From: Nemertoderma westbladi
Taxonomy: Eukaryota; Animalia; Xenacoelomorpha
DNA: 64,000 nucleotides
Assembly (NCBI GenBank): GCA_032718475.1
Contig: JAUCBJ010001686.1
Location: 14,424 to 78,423 of the forward strand
Direction of reading: 5' to 3'
Position numbers and translations under genes: made by a program. The notes under the pieces were generated by a model that saw only the letters and a program-made list of their open reading frames with translations, searched no databases and had not been told where the DNA came from. This document shows, in pieces, positions 63,587 to 64,000 of the stretch. Position 1 is the first letter of the stretch, and each line of letters starts with the position of its first letter.

Positions 63587-64000
63587 TTGCACGGTGGCCT
63601 TATTGCTACTCAATCGATGCCTTTCCCCCCTCTGATTGGTTGATACCCCTGTTGGCACCCTTTGCCCCCCTCTGAAGTGCTTCCCTTCGCCCTTGCTGTT
63701 CTCTCTCTTGTCAGGGGAGTAACCCCTGACCCTTATTGTGTGTGTCTCCTTTGGGGCCTATTGTCCCCGTTTACTGGGCTGACAATAGGCTCTCAATATT
63801 GCTTTATGGCTCACTCTATGGGTTTGTGTTAGCGGAATTGGATAAGCTAACAACCACCCTGCAGACACACCAACCTTGCCTCCACCCAGCACCACCCTGC
63901 AGACACACCAACCTTGCCTCCACCCAGCACCACCCTGCAGACACACCAACCTTGCCTCCACCCAGCACCACTCTGTAGTGTGGAATTTCTACAGCCTTTA

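Larger units (their letters stand above)
56743..63852 (-). mobile_element. Full-length non-autonomous (gag-only) BEL/Pao-like LTR retrotransposon; LTRs 63324-63852 (5') and 56743-57266 (3')
   Basis: TG...CA LTRs differing by about one substitution and one 5-bp indel; TSD ACCAC; PPT GGGGGGGAG; no PR/RT/RH/IN motifs seen. Confidence 0.9.

Overview
Eukaryotic (metazoan-like) genomic DNA. The backbone is an internal part of a minus-strand axonemal outer-arm dynein heavy chain gene (DNAH5/DNAH8 'gamma' type). I traced 11 GT-AG exons by hand (2262 nt, 754 codons, AAA2-AAA4), and they join in frame without stops; both ends of the gene lie outside the window. Its introns contain several large tandem arrays, RTE-like and other LINEs, a Gypsy fragment, MITE-like elements and a recent gag-only BEL/Pao-like LTR element. 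Highlights: (1) a tRNA-derived Pol III SINE head fused to an intact minimal type I hammerhead ribozyme (~1333-1440), plus a second, degenerate hammerhead in a TSD-flanked insert (~28490-28865); (2) tandem arrays anchored on, and copying, the gene's own splice sites, including ~230 copies of one acceptor; (3) a 12.6-kb satellite derived from a LINE reverse-transcriptase coding segment; (4) a pol-less LTR element with no tRNA PBS, whose PBS position is instead complementary to its own LTR. All calls were made by eye and no searches were run.
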